From Bacteroidia bacterium (lineage in GTDB: Bacteria > Bacteroidota > Bacteroidia > M30B66): DNA of 64,000 nt. Under the pieces are notes generated by a model. The model was not told the origin of the DNA and ran no database searches. It saw only the letters and a program-made list of their open reading frames with translations. The stretch spans positions 736,001 to 800,000 of the forward strand of contig OZ257142.1 in the NCBI GenBank assembly GCA_965279035.1. The letters are read 5' to 3'. Every line of letters starts with the position of its first letter. Within the stretch, counting starts at the first letter, position 1. The position numbers and the translations under genes were made by a program. This document shows positions 28,484-38,149 of this stretch, piece after piece.

Positions 28484-30145
28484 TTACTTTTTCATCATGG
28501 ATGAATCTAGATTCCATTCTAATTCAAGATCCCATCCAGCACGAATGTTGACTTCTCCTGAATAATATCTCATTGTTTCAGCTTGAGTTCGATTTGTAAA
28601 CTTTCCAGGTGTCCATTTTCCGTTTTTATCAAGATCTGATAAAATACGAATGCTATATTTTCCGGGTATAAGGCTTTCAAATACAAGCGCTTCACCCGAT
28701 TTCACCTTTCTTGAAAAGAGTTTCTTACCTTTTGAATCCACTAATTCGAGAAGCAAATCGTCTGTTGGATTTTCGGTAATAACTCGAAAGTCTAAAAGTC
28801 CTAAGTCATCTGGACTTAACAAACTGACAGTTAGTTTAAGCGTATCATTCTTCATTCCAAAAACATCTTCAAAAGCACCAGGTTTCATATAAAAACTAGC
28901 CTTATTTAGAGGATTTACAGGAAGAATTATTGGTACTCTAAAGCATACACTATCACGACTTAAATTGAGTTTTGCTTGGATTGTATCTTTTCCAATTATC
29001 CAAAATAAATTTTCAGGCTTAATAAGTTTTCCCGGATGATTTGGAATGATTTCAAATGAATTCTCAGGGCTGATTTTTCCATTTTCAAGAGTATTCGTAA
29101 ATCGCAACAAGGTGTCAATACCCATTTTACTTTTCTTGAAACTCATTTTGCGACGAATCTGATCAGGTGCGAAAACAAGTGTATCCGTTTTGTTTTTACC
29201 TCCTTGTTGAGTTTCAACATATAAACTCAAACTATCCTTTTTTTGATTAGGTATCCATACTATAATTGAATCAGTTCCCTTTGTATACTCAGAGTAAAAC
29301 GGAATAGCTTGAGAACTAAAATCCGTAATTTTCAAGGATTCAATGGGCAAAGCATATTTGAGCACAATTTTACCCGGAAGCTCAAACTCTTTTTTTAACA
29401 AACGTTGATTGGAGGCGATTTCTTGACTTAACCTAAAATTGATTGATTGAGTTATTGTAGAATCAATAATCAATGCTTCAGCTCGATATCCAATTTTTTC
29501 TTCAGGTTGATCGTATAAATAATTTGCATTGCCATCTTTTAATGCAAATGCTAAATAAGTTCCTTGACGAATATTATTTAATTGATAGTTTCCTGATGCA
29601 TCTGTTCTTGCAAAATAACGTGGTATTTGTTTGAAAGGCATGCTATCCTGAATGATAGAATACAGCATCACCAAAGCATCTTTTATCGGTTGGTTTGTGT
29701 AACCATCAAGTAGATTTCCTTTTACTCGAAGGGAATCAATTGTATTTCCTGTGCTAAATGCAAACGTTCTATCAGGAAAGGCATTCCCCTCACTAATATC
29801 GGTGACTGATTTACCAATAGTAACTGAATATGTTGTAGCACTATCAAGTGGTTCTGTAAAAGTTAACTGGACAGTTTTTCCTTTCAGACTGACTTTGGGT
29901 GGAACACGTAATGGGGGAGAAATAACGATTCCAGAACCTCCGTCTTTTAATTCAATAAACTCGTTAAAGGTGAAACTTATCTTATCCCCTTGAAAGTTCG
30001 TTGAAGCACTATCAGGAACTATTTTTACTAGGATTGGTGCTTCAGCGTCCTTTAATCCACCATTGGGAGGGACTCGACTTGCACAGGAAATTAAGACCAT
30101 TGCAATCAAGCAAAAAAATACCCGAAAGATTCCTATACTTCTCAT
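28484..30145 (-). CDS. Ig-like (Big_5) domain lipoprotein
   Basis: Lipobox LISC followed by ASRVPPNGGLKD..P; FNEFI and AFSTG motifs. Start at 30145 inferred from a 4 nt overlap with the upstream gene. Confidence 0.75.
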   Translation of the reverse strand: MRSIGIFRVFFCLIAMVLISCASRVPPNGGLKDAEAPILVKIVPDSASTNFQGDKISFTFNEFIELKDGGSGIVISPPLRVPPKVSLKGKTVQLTFTEPLDSATTYSVTIGKSVTDISEGNAFPDRTFAFSTGNTIDSLRVKGNLLDGYTNQPIKDALVMLYSIIQDSMPFKQIPRYFARTDASGNYQLNNIRQGTYLAFALKDGNANYLYDQPEEKIGYRAEALIIDSTITQSINFRLSQEIASNQRLLKKEFELPGKIVLKYALPIESLKITDFSSQAIPFYSEYTKGTDSIIVWIPNQKKDSLSLYVETQQGGKNKTDTLVFAPDQIRRKMSFKKSKMGIDTLLRFTNTLENGKISPENSFEIIPNHPGKLIKPENLFWIIGKDTIQAKLNLSRDSVCFRVPIILPVNPLNKASFYMKPGAFEDVFGMKNDTLKLTVSLLSPDDLGLLDFRVITENPTDDLLLELVDSKGKKLFSRKVKSGEALVFESLIPGKYSIRILSDLDKNGKWTPGKFTNRTQAETMRYYSGEVNIRAGWDLELEWNLDSSMMKK

Positions 30146-30639
30146 TTTGAATACAAATGATGTTCGATCATTTTGCAAATGCGCTCTAATCCGAATTGAT
30201 CGTTTTCATCAAAAAAATTCAGAATCTCACTATCAATGTCCAATACCGCAATCACATTTTTTGATTTCGAGTGGATAGGAATAACAATCTCTGAACGAGA
30301 ATGGCTACTACAAGCAATATGTCCTGGAAAATTATCTACATCAGAAACTAAAATCGTTTTGTCTTCAGCCCAAGAAGAACCACATACACCTTTCCCCTTA
30401 TGAATTCGAGTACATGCAATTGGGCCTTGAAATGGTCCTAATACTAATTGTTCATCTTTCACAAAATAGAATCCGGTCCACAAAAAGTGAAATGCTTCTG
30501 TAATAGCAGCAACAGTATTTGCAAGACAAGCAATCTCATCATTTTCTCCATCGAGTAATGCTTTCAACTGTATTGCTAACTCGTTGTACCGAAGAACTTT
30601 TTCTTCAGGTTTACTTTCGAAAATGAGGGTAGTTGACAT
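30142..30639 (-). CDS. msrC: GAF-domain free methionine-R-sulfoxide reductase (fRMsr/MsrC-like)
   Basis: WTGFY, LGPFQGPIACTRI, GVCG and GHIACS..SRSEIV motifs. Confidence 0.85.
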   Translation of the reverse strand: MSTTLIFESKPEEKVLRYNELAIQLKALLDGENDEIACLANTVAAITEAFHFLWTGFYFVKDEQLVLGPFQGPIACTRIHKGKGVCGSSWAEDKTILVSDVDNFPGHIACSSHSRSEIVIPIHSKSKNVIAVLDIDSEILNFFDENDQFGLERICKMIEHHLYSK

Positions 30640-30644
30640 TCGTA

Positions 30645-31637
30645 TTAATGCATGAATCCGATAATCTCTCGAACATCTTTTAAGGTTTTAGAAGCACTTT
30701 CTCTTGCTTTTTCTTCACCTCGTTCCATCACCTTTTTTAAGTAATCAGTATCAGAATGGAGTTCTAAAATTCGTTCTCTAATAGGCGTTGTGAATAGAAT
30801 CATGTCTTCGGCCAATTGCTTTTTCATATCCCCATAACGTATAGAACAAGCATTGTAATTATCTTCAAAATGTTGAATAGTATCTTTATTAGAAACCAGA
30901 GACATTAAGGTAAATAAATTAGAAATTGACTCTGGTTTTGTTTGAAACGGTTGAGTTGGACCACTGTCTGTTACCGCCCTCATAATTTTTTTACGAATAC
31001 TTTCTGGCTCTTCGGATAAGAAAATGGCATTTCCCTCACCTTCGCTTTTGCCCATTTTGCCTGATCCATCAAGACCAGGAACTTTTACTAGTTGTTCGCC
31101 AAAATTAAAGGCATATGGTTCTGGAAAATAATCAACATTATATAAATGATTAAATCGATTCACAAAATTTCTCGCCATTTCGAGATGTTGTTCTTGGTCT
31201 TTACCCACAGGAACTTTAGTCGCTTTGTGAATAATGATATCTGTAGCCATTAATACAGGATATGTGAGTAATCCCGCATTCACATTGTCAGGATGTTTTC
31301 TGACTTTTTCTTTAAACGAAGTACAGCGTTCCAATTCGCCAACATGCGCATACATGTTGAAAAGGAGATATAATTCAGGAATCTGAGGAATATCGCTTTG
31401 AATGTAAATTGTACTTACTTCAGGATCAATTCCAACAGCTAAATATTCAACAAGTACATTTTTAACGCTTTGTTTGAAATCACCAGGTTTGGGATGCGTG
31501 GTTAGCGCATGCATATCTGCAATAAAGAAGAAGCAGCGGTGTTCATGCTGCATCTTAAGAAAATTCTTTACTGCGCCAAAATAATTACCAATATGTAGGT
31601 TTCCGGTGCTCCGGATTCCACTAACAACCGTTTCCAT
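30645..31637 (-). CDS. trpS: Tryptophan--tRNA ligase
   Basis: HIGN, PVGKDQEQH and KMGKS motifs. Confidence 0.97.
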   Translation of the reverse strand: METVVSGIRSTGNLHIGNYFGAVKNFLKMQHEHRCFFFIADMHALTTHPKPGDFKQSVKNVLVEYLAVGIDPEVSTIYIQSDIPQIPELYLLFNMYAHVGELERCTSFKEKVRKHPDNVNAGLLTYPVLMATDIIIHKATKVPVGKDQEQHLEMARNFVNRFNHLYNVDYFPEPYAFNFGEQLVKVPGLDGSGKMGKSEGEGNAIFLSEEPESIRKKIMRAVTDSGPTQPFQTKPESISNLFTLMSLVSNKDTIQHFEDNYNACSIRYGDMKKQLAEDMILFTTPIRERILELHSDTDYLKKVMERGEEKARESASKTLKDVREIIGFMH

Positions 31638-31674
31638 GCTGCAAAACTAATCGAATTTGTTGCAGCGCAAACGT

Positions 31675-32037
31675 TTATAGATTGCTTCTTAAAAGCTCAA
31701 TGATTAGATCCTTGTCCTTTATTCGATCCTGTAATAAAGCAAGTTCTTTCACAAGTTTCTCGTTTTGTAATTTTAACTCGTCCATCTCTTTCATCGATTC
31801 TAGTGGATCGATCAATTGCTCAACTTGTTTATTTTTCGATAGAGGAATACTGTAAAGACGGAAAAAGTCGAATTCTAATGCCTCCGATATTTTAAAAAGC
31901 ATTTCTGAGTCAATACTTTTCCGGGTGAATATATCATATACATTATTCCTGTTTGTATTTATCGTTCTAGAGAAATCAACAACCTTCAATCTTTTTCCTC
32001 TTAGTCTATTTTGAATTTCTTCTCCAATGTGTATCAT
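31675..32037 (-). CDS. XRE-like HTH protein with C-terminal coiled coil
   Basis: IHIG...NVYDIFTRKSID..L..IS.AL..DFF pattern, leucine-zipper-like tail. Confidence 0.75.
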   Translation of the reverse strand: MIHIGEEIQNRLRGKRLKVVDFSRTINTNRNNVYDIFTRKSIDSEMLFKISEALEFDFFRLYSIPLSKNKQVEQLIDPLESMKEMDELKLQNEKLVKELALLQDRIKDKDLIIELLRSNL

Positions 32038-32212
32038 ATCAGGATTATAATTAGGCTATATGTAATAGTGAAATGTTAATGCAACAAATATTTGCGATAA
32101 GTTTTAATAAAACAAGAGAAAATGCACCAAATTATATAACAACCTGCACGCTAGTTTACAACTTTGCTACTTTGTTTTATAGAATTGATGCAGAAATAGG
32201 TGTTTTGGATAA

Positions 32213-32980
32213 TTAGTAATTAGATAATATCCACCCTTTTACTGTATCAATAAATTCTGCTGGCTTTTCTGCGTGGAGCCAATGTCCAGCATTTTCCATT
32301 ATCAAAAATGTTGTATTCGGAAATTGTTTTCTAATTTCAGAATACTCTTCCTTCATAATATATCGGCTATTGCCTCCATGATAAAACAAGGTTGGAACAA
32401 AACAAATTCCTGCCGGTAATGCTTCTCCAACATTTTCAATCTTGTCAGTCAATACATTCAAATTAAATCTCCATGCAAATTTATTTTCAGGAGTTCGATA
32501 TAGATTTTTCAGTAAAAACTGTTTCGTCCCTTCGTCTTTAATTGATTCAGTTAAAATTTCTTCTGCTTCTTTACGAGTAGTTATTTTTTCAGGATGAATT
32601 GAATTTAATCCCTGCAAAATTTCTTCATGATGTGGCTTGTAATAACGCGGTCCTATATCTGCAATCAATAATGAATACAAGCGGTCAGGAAATTTTTGAG
32701 CAATTCGCATCGCAACTTTACCTCCCATACTATGTCCAATTAAATGAACCTTCTTGAGACCGAGATGATTCATAGTTTCAACCACATCATCCGCCATAAA
32801 CTCATAATTGAATGCATCTGAGTGGCCCGATTGACCATGATTACGAAGGTCAAACGTAAAAACACTAAACTGATCTCCTAAATTCCGAGCGATACCTGTC
32901 CAATTATCACTCTGGCCAAATAATCCATGTAAAATAATAATGACTTCCCCTTCTCCAAAATGACGTTCAAAAAGTATCAT
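32213..32980 (-). CDS. Alpha/beta hydrolase (YbfF-like esterase)
   Basis: LHGLFG, DLRNHG, GHSMGGK and AGHWLHAE motifs. Confidence 0.92.
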   Translation of the reverse strand: MILFERHFGEGEVIIILHGLFGQSDNWTGIARNLGDQFSVFTFDLRNHGQSGHSDAFNYEFMADDVVETMNHLGLKKVHLIGHSMGGKVAMRIAQKFPDRLYSLLIADIGPRYYKPHHEEILQGLNSIHPEKITTRKEAEEILTESIKDEGTKQFLLKNLYRTPENKFAWRFNLNVLTDKIENVGEALPAGICFVPTLFYHGGNSRYIMKEEYSEIRKQFPNTTFLIMENAGHWLHAEKPAEFIDTVKGWILSNY

Positions 32981-33690
32981 GCTAATTGACGTAAATAAAG
33001 CTGAACAGTATTCTCAAGTCCTAAATACAATGCTTCTGATATAAGAGCATGACCAATTGAAACTTCAAGTAAATCGGGAACATGTTGAGAAAAAAAACGA
33101 AGATTTTCACTATTTAAATCATGTCCCGCATTTACACCAAGACCTAATTCACGGGCTTGTATAGCTGCAACTCTGTATGGTTTTACTGCATCTTCGGGCG
33201 ATTGACTATAGTTTTTAGCATAGCTTTCTGTATATAATTCAATCCGGTCTGTTCCAGTTTTTGCAGCTGAAACATACCGGTTTATTTGTGTATCCATAAA
33301 CAAGGAAACTCGAATTCCATGAGCATGAATCTCATCCACTACTTCTTTTAGAAAAGAAGATTGAACATCTGTATCCCAACCTGCATTGGATGTTAGCGCT
33401 TCTGGTGGATCGGGAACTAAAGTTACTTGACTAGGTTTGGCTTTACATACCACATCCAAAAATTCCTTCGAAGGATATCCCTCAACATTTAATTCAGTGT
33501 GAATTATCGATCTTAAATCAAAAACATCTTGATAGGTTGCATGGCGTTGATCTGGTCTTGGATGAATTGTTATTCCTTGAGCTCCAAATCGCTCAATGTT
33601 TAAAGCAGCTTCAATTAGATTGGGAAAATTAGTTCCTCTCGAATTTCGAAGTAAGGCAATCTTATTGATGTTCACACTTAATAGTGTCAT
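32977..33690 (-). CDS. pdxJ: Pyridoxine 5'-phosphate synthase
   Basis: LSVNINKIA.LRNSR, ITIHPRPDQRH, NAGHDL and VSIGHAL motifs. Start at ATG 33690. Confidence 0.96.
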   Translation of the reverse strand: MTLLSVNINKIALLRNSRGTNFPNLIEAALNIERFGAQGITIHPRPDQRHATYQDVFDLRSIIHTELNVEGYPSKEFLDVVCKAKPSQVTLVPDPPEALTSNAGWDTDVQSSFLKEVVDEIHAHGIRVSLFMDTQINRYVSAAKTGTDRIELYTESYAKNYSQSPEDAVKPYRVAAIQARELGLGVNAGHDLNSENLRFFSQHVPDLLEVSIGHALISEALYLGLENTVQLYLRQLA

Positions 33691-33826
33691 GGATGTTTTT
33701 TCATGCAAATCTACAAAACACGCATTGCCCGTTGTAGAAGAACTTTCAAATCCATACGTTTGTCCATCATTGAAACATTTCTTTCATTCAATCGTTTGCA
33801 AAAGAACCTGAGATATTCATTTCTCT

Positions 33827-34489
33827 ATGTTGGCACAAAACCTAATATCTGATACAATTCCACCATTAAAAACTTCCGATAGTGGGATTAAAGCCTTGCA
33901 TTGGATGGATGAATTTCGCGTTGCCCATTTGCCAATTGTGAATGAAACCGAATTCCTTGGATTAATTTCCGATACGGATATTTTAGATTTAAATGCTCCC
34001 GAAGAAGCTTTGGGGAATCATCCGCTTTCGCTCATTCGTCCCTTTGTTTATGAATCTGAACACATTTACGAAGTGTTAAAGTTAGCTGCCCGTATGCATC
34101 TTTCATTAATACCAGTCTTAGATTCTGAAAATAAATACTTGGGAAACATCAGCTTAAAATCATTGGTTGAACATTTTGCTGCTACATCTTCAGTTCTTAA
34201 TCCAGGAGGAATCATCGTTCTTGAGTTGAACCAAAATGATTACTCCCTTTCTCAAATTGCTCGAATTGTTGAAGAGAACGACACCAAAATAATGAGTCTT
34301 TCAATTGACAATAATCCTGACTCAACACAAATTGAGTTGACAATCAAAGTGAATCGTGAAGATATACGTGCAATTCTAGCATCATTTGCTCGATATAATC
34401 TAACCGTAAAAGCAACATTTCAACAATCTGAATTCTCTGAAGATCTTCGTAATCGATTTGATCTTTTTATGAATTACATCAACATGTAG
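33827..34489 (+). CDS. CBS-domain protein (AcuB-like)
   Basis: Two CBS repeats (HLPIV..FLGLIS, LIPVLD..YLGNI) and an ACT-like C-terminus. Confidence 0.85.
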   Translation: MLAQNLISDTIPPLKTSDSGIKALHWMDEFRVAHLPIVNETEFLGLISDTDILDLNAPEEALGNHPLSLIRPFVYESEHIYEVLKLAARMHLSLIPVLDSENKYLGNISLKSLVEHFAATSSVLNPGGIIVLELNQNDYSLSQIARIVEENDTKIMSLSIDNNPDSTQIELTIKVNREDIRAILASFARYNLTVKATFQQSEFSEDLRNRFDLFMNYINM

Positions 34490-34571
34490 AGAATATTCAT
34501 TCAATGTTCTTCTTGTTCCGTTTTTTCATGCTCTTTGATCCATATCTTCGTTCTTTAACGAATTTGGAATT

Positions 34572-35450
34572 ATGTTGATTGCCATTTTTGGAAGATCATT
34601 TTCAGAAAATCGAACTCAAGTAGTTAGCCAATTGTATACAGCTCTTGCCGAAGCAGGAGTTGATTTAATTATTTATGAGCCATTTCTAAATGCTACTCGT
34701 TCACTTTTACATGATGGTGTTACAGTACAGTCTTTTCAATCGGCTGATGAAATTAATCGATCGATAAGTTGTTTAATTACAATAGGTGGTGATGGAACAC
34801 TATTAGAAGCAATCACCTATATCCGAGATTCTGATGTTCCCGTTCTTGGTATAAACACCGGGCGCTTGGGTTTTTTAGCTGGTTTTTCACAAGATGAAAT
34901 TCCACTTGCTGTCAATATGGCTATTAACAAAACCTATTTTATTGATGAACGAACTTTGCTCCATTTAGAAATAGATGGCAGCGCATTTTCTGATTTTCCT
35001 TTTGCATTAAACGATATCACACTGCATAAAAAAGAAAACTCCACCATGATTACTGTTCATACAAAATTGAACGGTGATTATTTAAATTCGTATTGGGCAG
35101 ATGGTTTAATTGTCGCATCTCCAACAGGTTCATCTGGCTATTCTTTAAGTTGCGGAGGACCTATCCTAATGCCTGAATCACCTAGTTTTATTGTTACTCC
35201 CATAGCTCCTCATAACTTAAATGTTCGCCCATTAGTTATCAATGATCAAAATGAAATTTCTATCGAAGTAGAGGTAAGAGGGAAGAATTTTCTAATTGCT
35301 TTAGATTCAAGATCTGTTTCAGTTCCCGCGCATTCAAAAATTAAAATTAAAAAGGCTCCTTTTAAAATTCGCTTGGCAAGAAAGCCTGATCAACCTTTTC
35401 TTAAAACATTAAGGGAAAAATTGATGTGGGGAATTGACCGAAGAAATTAA
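34572..35450 (+). CDS. nadK: NAD kinase
   Basis: GGDGTLL, GRLGFL, ADGLIVASPTGSSGYSLSCGGP motifs. Confidence 0.96.
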   Translation: MLIAIFGRSFSENRTQVVSQLYTALAEAGVDLIIYEPFLNATRSLLHDGVTVQSFQSADEINRSISCLITIGGDGTLLEAITYIRDSDVPVLGINTGRLGFLAGFSQDEIPLAVNMAINKTYFIDERTLLHLEIDGSAFSDFPFALNDITLHKKENSTMITVHTKLNGDYLNSYWADGLIVASPTGSSGYSLSCGGPILMPESPSFIVTPIAPHNLNVRPLVINDQNEISIEVEVRGKNFLIALDSRSVSVPAHSKIKIKKAPFKIRLARKPDQPFLKTLREKLMWGIDRRN

Positions 35451-35551
35451 GTGAGAAATCCTCCATATTAAATCTAATTATTCGTTTCTTTCAATTCATT
35501 CTCGCTTACCATTTTTGGTATATTTGCCATAACTGCCAATAATACTTTAAG

Positions 35552-36478
35552 ATGAGGAAATTAATACTCCTTAGCATTTTTTTGCTATCAATTGCTTTTT
35601 CAGCTCAAGCTCAACGAAAAGGCAAAGGACGATTTTTAGATCGTTGTGAAAGTACTTATGGTATTGGGTTTACAAACTTTCTTGGCGAACTTGGAGGAGC
35701 AAACCAATTCGGTACCAATGGACTAAAAGATTTGGAAATGATCTTGACTCGTCCTGCTGTTCATTTAGGATTTCGTTATCGGAAAAATCCAGTTCTATCT
35801 TTTAAATTTAACTTAAACTATGGTCGAGTTGCTGGTCGAGATAGTTTAACGCGAGAACCTTTTCGTAAAAACAGAAATTTAAGTTTCCGTTCACCCATTT
35901 TTGAGACTTCTTTTCAAGTTGAGATTTCTGTTTTGCAGTTGAAATCATCGAAAAGTATTTACAAACTCCAAGGGGTAAGAGGTAAAAGCGGTATTGACTT
36001 GAATATTTATTTTTTCGCAGGTGTTGGTGGATTTTATTTTAATCCCAAAGCTTTATTAGGAGGAAGATGGTGGGCTCTTCAGCCTCTTGGTACTGAAGGT
36101 CAAGGAATTGCTGCTTCAAGAACACCTTATAAACGTTTCCAAATGTGTTTTCCAATTGGATTCGGATTCCGTGTACCATTGCCTGATAAACGTTGGACGA
36201 TCGGTTTTGAATACGGAATGAGAATTACAACAACCGATTATATCGATGATGTAAGTACTTCATACTTTTCTCCTACGTTGATTGCTGATAAAAACGGTCC
36301 TGTAGCTGCTGCATTATCGAATAGAGCAAATCCATTCTCATCCGATTTTATCAAAGGTTCTGCTGCAACAGGTCAACAACGTGGCGACCCAACCGATCGT
36401 GATGCATATATGTTTGGTATAATTACCATGACTTATCGCTTGAAATCAGGAAAATCAATCCTTCCAAAATTCCGGTAA
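35552..36478 (+). CDS. DUF6089/PorG-like outer-membrane beta-barrel protein, copy 1
   Basis: Signal peptide; RNLSFRS, WALQPLGTEGQG and TDYIDDVS motifs. Confidence 0.75.
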   Translation: MRKLILLSIFLLSIAFSAQAQRKGKGRFLDRCESTYGIGFTNFLGELGGANQFGTNGLKDLEMILTRPAVHLGFRYRKNPVLSFKFNLNYGRVAGRDSLTREPFRKNRNLSFRSPIFETSFQVEISVLQLKSSKSIYKLQGVRGKSGIDLNIYFFAGVGGFYFNPKALLGGRWWALQPLGTEGQGIAASRTPYKRFQMCFPIGFGFRVPLPDKRWTIGFEYGMRITTTDYIDDVSTSYFSPTLIADKNGPVAAALSNRANPFSSDFIKGSAATGQQRGDPTDRDAYMFGIITMTYRLKSGKSILPKFR

Positions 36479-36511
36479 CCAAACTACGTTATCAAAAGTA
36501 TACTCCTTCGT

Positions 36512-37348
36512 ATGCGATCTTCATTCATCGGATTTTTGTTGCTGTTATTTTTTACACTATCAGCTCAAGCTCAAGTTTTTAATAAGTACTCTGAATTAGG
36601 ATTATTTGGAGGCGTTTCCTATTATATGGGTGATTTAAACCCTGGGAAACAGTTTTTTATGGTTCGTCCTGGTGGAGGTATCGTTTATCGATATAATCCA
36701 AGTCGCCGCTTTGCATGGGAAATTCATGGATTGTATGGAAGTGTTCAAGCCGATGATGCTAAATCAGGTAAAGACAATCAAATCTCTAGAAATCTATCCT
36801 TCCGATCTCAAGTGATTGAATTTGCTGGAATGTTGCATTTCAACTTTTTTAATTATGAAATAGGGAATCCCGAAACACCAGCTACTCCTTATATTTTCGG
36901 TGGTATTGGTTTGTTTCGATACAATCCTAAAGCAGATTATCAGGGAGAATGGGTTGCTTTACAACCTTTAGGTACTGAAGGTCAGGGCTCTACAAAATAT
37001 GCAAGTAGAAAACAGTATTCTTTAATGGGAGCAACACTTCCTTTCGGTTTTGGAGTTAAGTTTCATGCCTTTAATCGTTTGGGTGTTAGTATTGAATGGG
37101 GACTCCGAAAAACATTTACAGATTATTTAGATGATGTAAGTTCCACCTATGCCGACCCCGATGTTTTATTTGCTACTCATGGGGTTTTGTCTGCAACATT
37201 AGCCGATAGATCATTAGTCAATCCTGGAAAAGTGAATACAGGTCGCCAAAGAGGATATAGCACAAATAAAGACTGGTATTCTTTCGCTGGACTTACTCTT
37301 ACATATAAGATTGTACCTCGAAAAGCCGAATGTGCGGCTTACAAGTAA
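36512..37348 (+). CDS. DUF6089/PorG-like outer-membrane beta-barrel protein, copy 2
   Basis: YYMGDLN, RNLSFRS, VALQPLGTEGQG, TDYLDDVS and DWYSF motifs; directly upstream of uppS-bamA. Confidence 0.78.
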   Translation: MRSSFIGFLLLLFFTLSAQAQVFNKYSELGLFGGVSYYMGDLNPGKQFFMVRPGGGIVYRYNPSRRFAWEIHGLYGSVQADDAKSGKDNQISRNLSFRSQVIEFAGMLHFNFFNYEIGNPETPATPYIFGGIGLFRYNPKADYQGEWVALQPLGTEGQGSTKYASRKQYSLMGATLPFGFGVKFHAFNRLGVSIEWGLRKTFTDYLDDVSSTYADPDVLFATHGVLSATLADRSLVNPGKVNTGRQRGYSTNKDWYSFAGLTLTYKIVPRKAECAAYK

Positions 37349-37399
37349 TCCGTTATCTTTGCGCGTTCATGCCGGTTGAAATTTCGGCGCAATGCTCAA

Positions 37400-38149
37400 A
37401 TGGCGAATAAAGAAGAAATCAATACACATACGCTACCTGCTCACATTGCCGTTATCATGGACGGAAATGGCCGTTGGGCTAAAATGCAAGGTAAATTAAG
37501 AACATTTGGACACGAAAGTGGTGTAAAAGCCGTTAGAGAAACAGTGGAAGCGTGTGCCGAATTAGGTGTTCCTTATCTCACCATGTATGCCTTTTCTACA
37601 GAAAATTGGAATCGTCCTCAATATGAAATTAACGCCTTAATGACTTTACTCGTTAGCACAATTAGTAAAGAAACAAAGACACTCATGGATAATAACATTC
37701 GTTTAGAATCCATTGGTGACATAGAATCATTACCCAAAAAGTGTCAAAGAGAACTAAAAGAAGCAAAAGAGAAAACAGCTGCAAATTCTCGAATGACATT
37801 GGTTTTGGCTTTAAGCTATAGTTCACGTTGGGAAATAACAAACGCAGTAAAGAATATAGCTGCTCGAGTTGAGTTAGGCGAAATTAAATCGGAGGATATT
37901 ACCGAGAAAATGATTTCTAACTATTTGACTACTTCGGGAATGCCCGATCCTGAATTATTAATTAGAACCTCAGGCGAACATCGAATTAGTAACTTTTTAC
38001 TTTGGCAAATCTCATACGCTGAACTTTACTTTACCGACAAGCTTTGGCCAGATTTCAGAAAAGAAGATTTATACGACGCAATTGTCAGCTTTCAACAGCG
38101 CGAAAGACGCTTTGGCAAGACAAGCGAACAATTGAATTTAAAATCATGA
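37400..38149 (+). CDS. uppS: Undecaprenyl diphosphate synthase
   Basis: HIAVIMDGNGRWA, YAFSTENW and IRTSGEHRISNFLLWQ motifs. Confidence 0.97.
   Translation: MANKEEINTHTLPAHIAVIMDGNGRWAKMQGKLRTFGHESGVKAVRETVEACAELGVPYLTMYAFSTENWNRPQYEINALMTLLVSTISKETKTLMDNNIRLESIGDIESLPKKCQRELKEAKEKTAANSRMTLVLALSYSSRWEITNAVKNIAARVELGEIKSEDITEKMISNYLTTSGMPDPELLIRTSGEHRISNFLLWQISYAELYFTDKLWPDFRKEDLYDAIVSFQQRERRFGKTSEQLNLKS

Noticed and set aside
38044-38145. Long uppS/bamA overlap implied by the ORF track
   Set aside because: ATG 38146 gives a normal signal peptide and a 4 nt overlap. Upstream extensions of lpxD, DUF4293, hsp20, the gingipain, pdxJ, skp and murI were trimmed for similar reasons.
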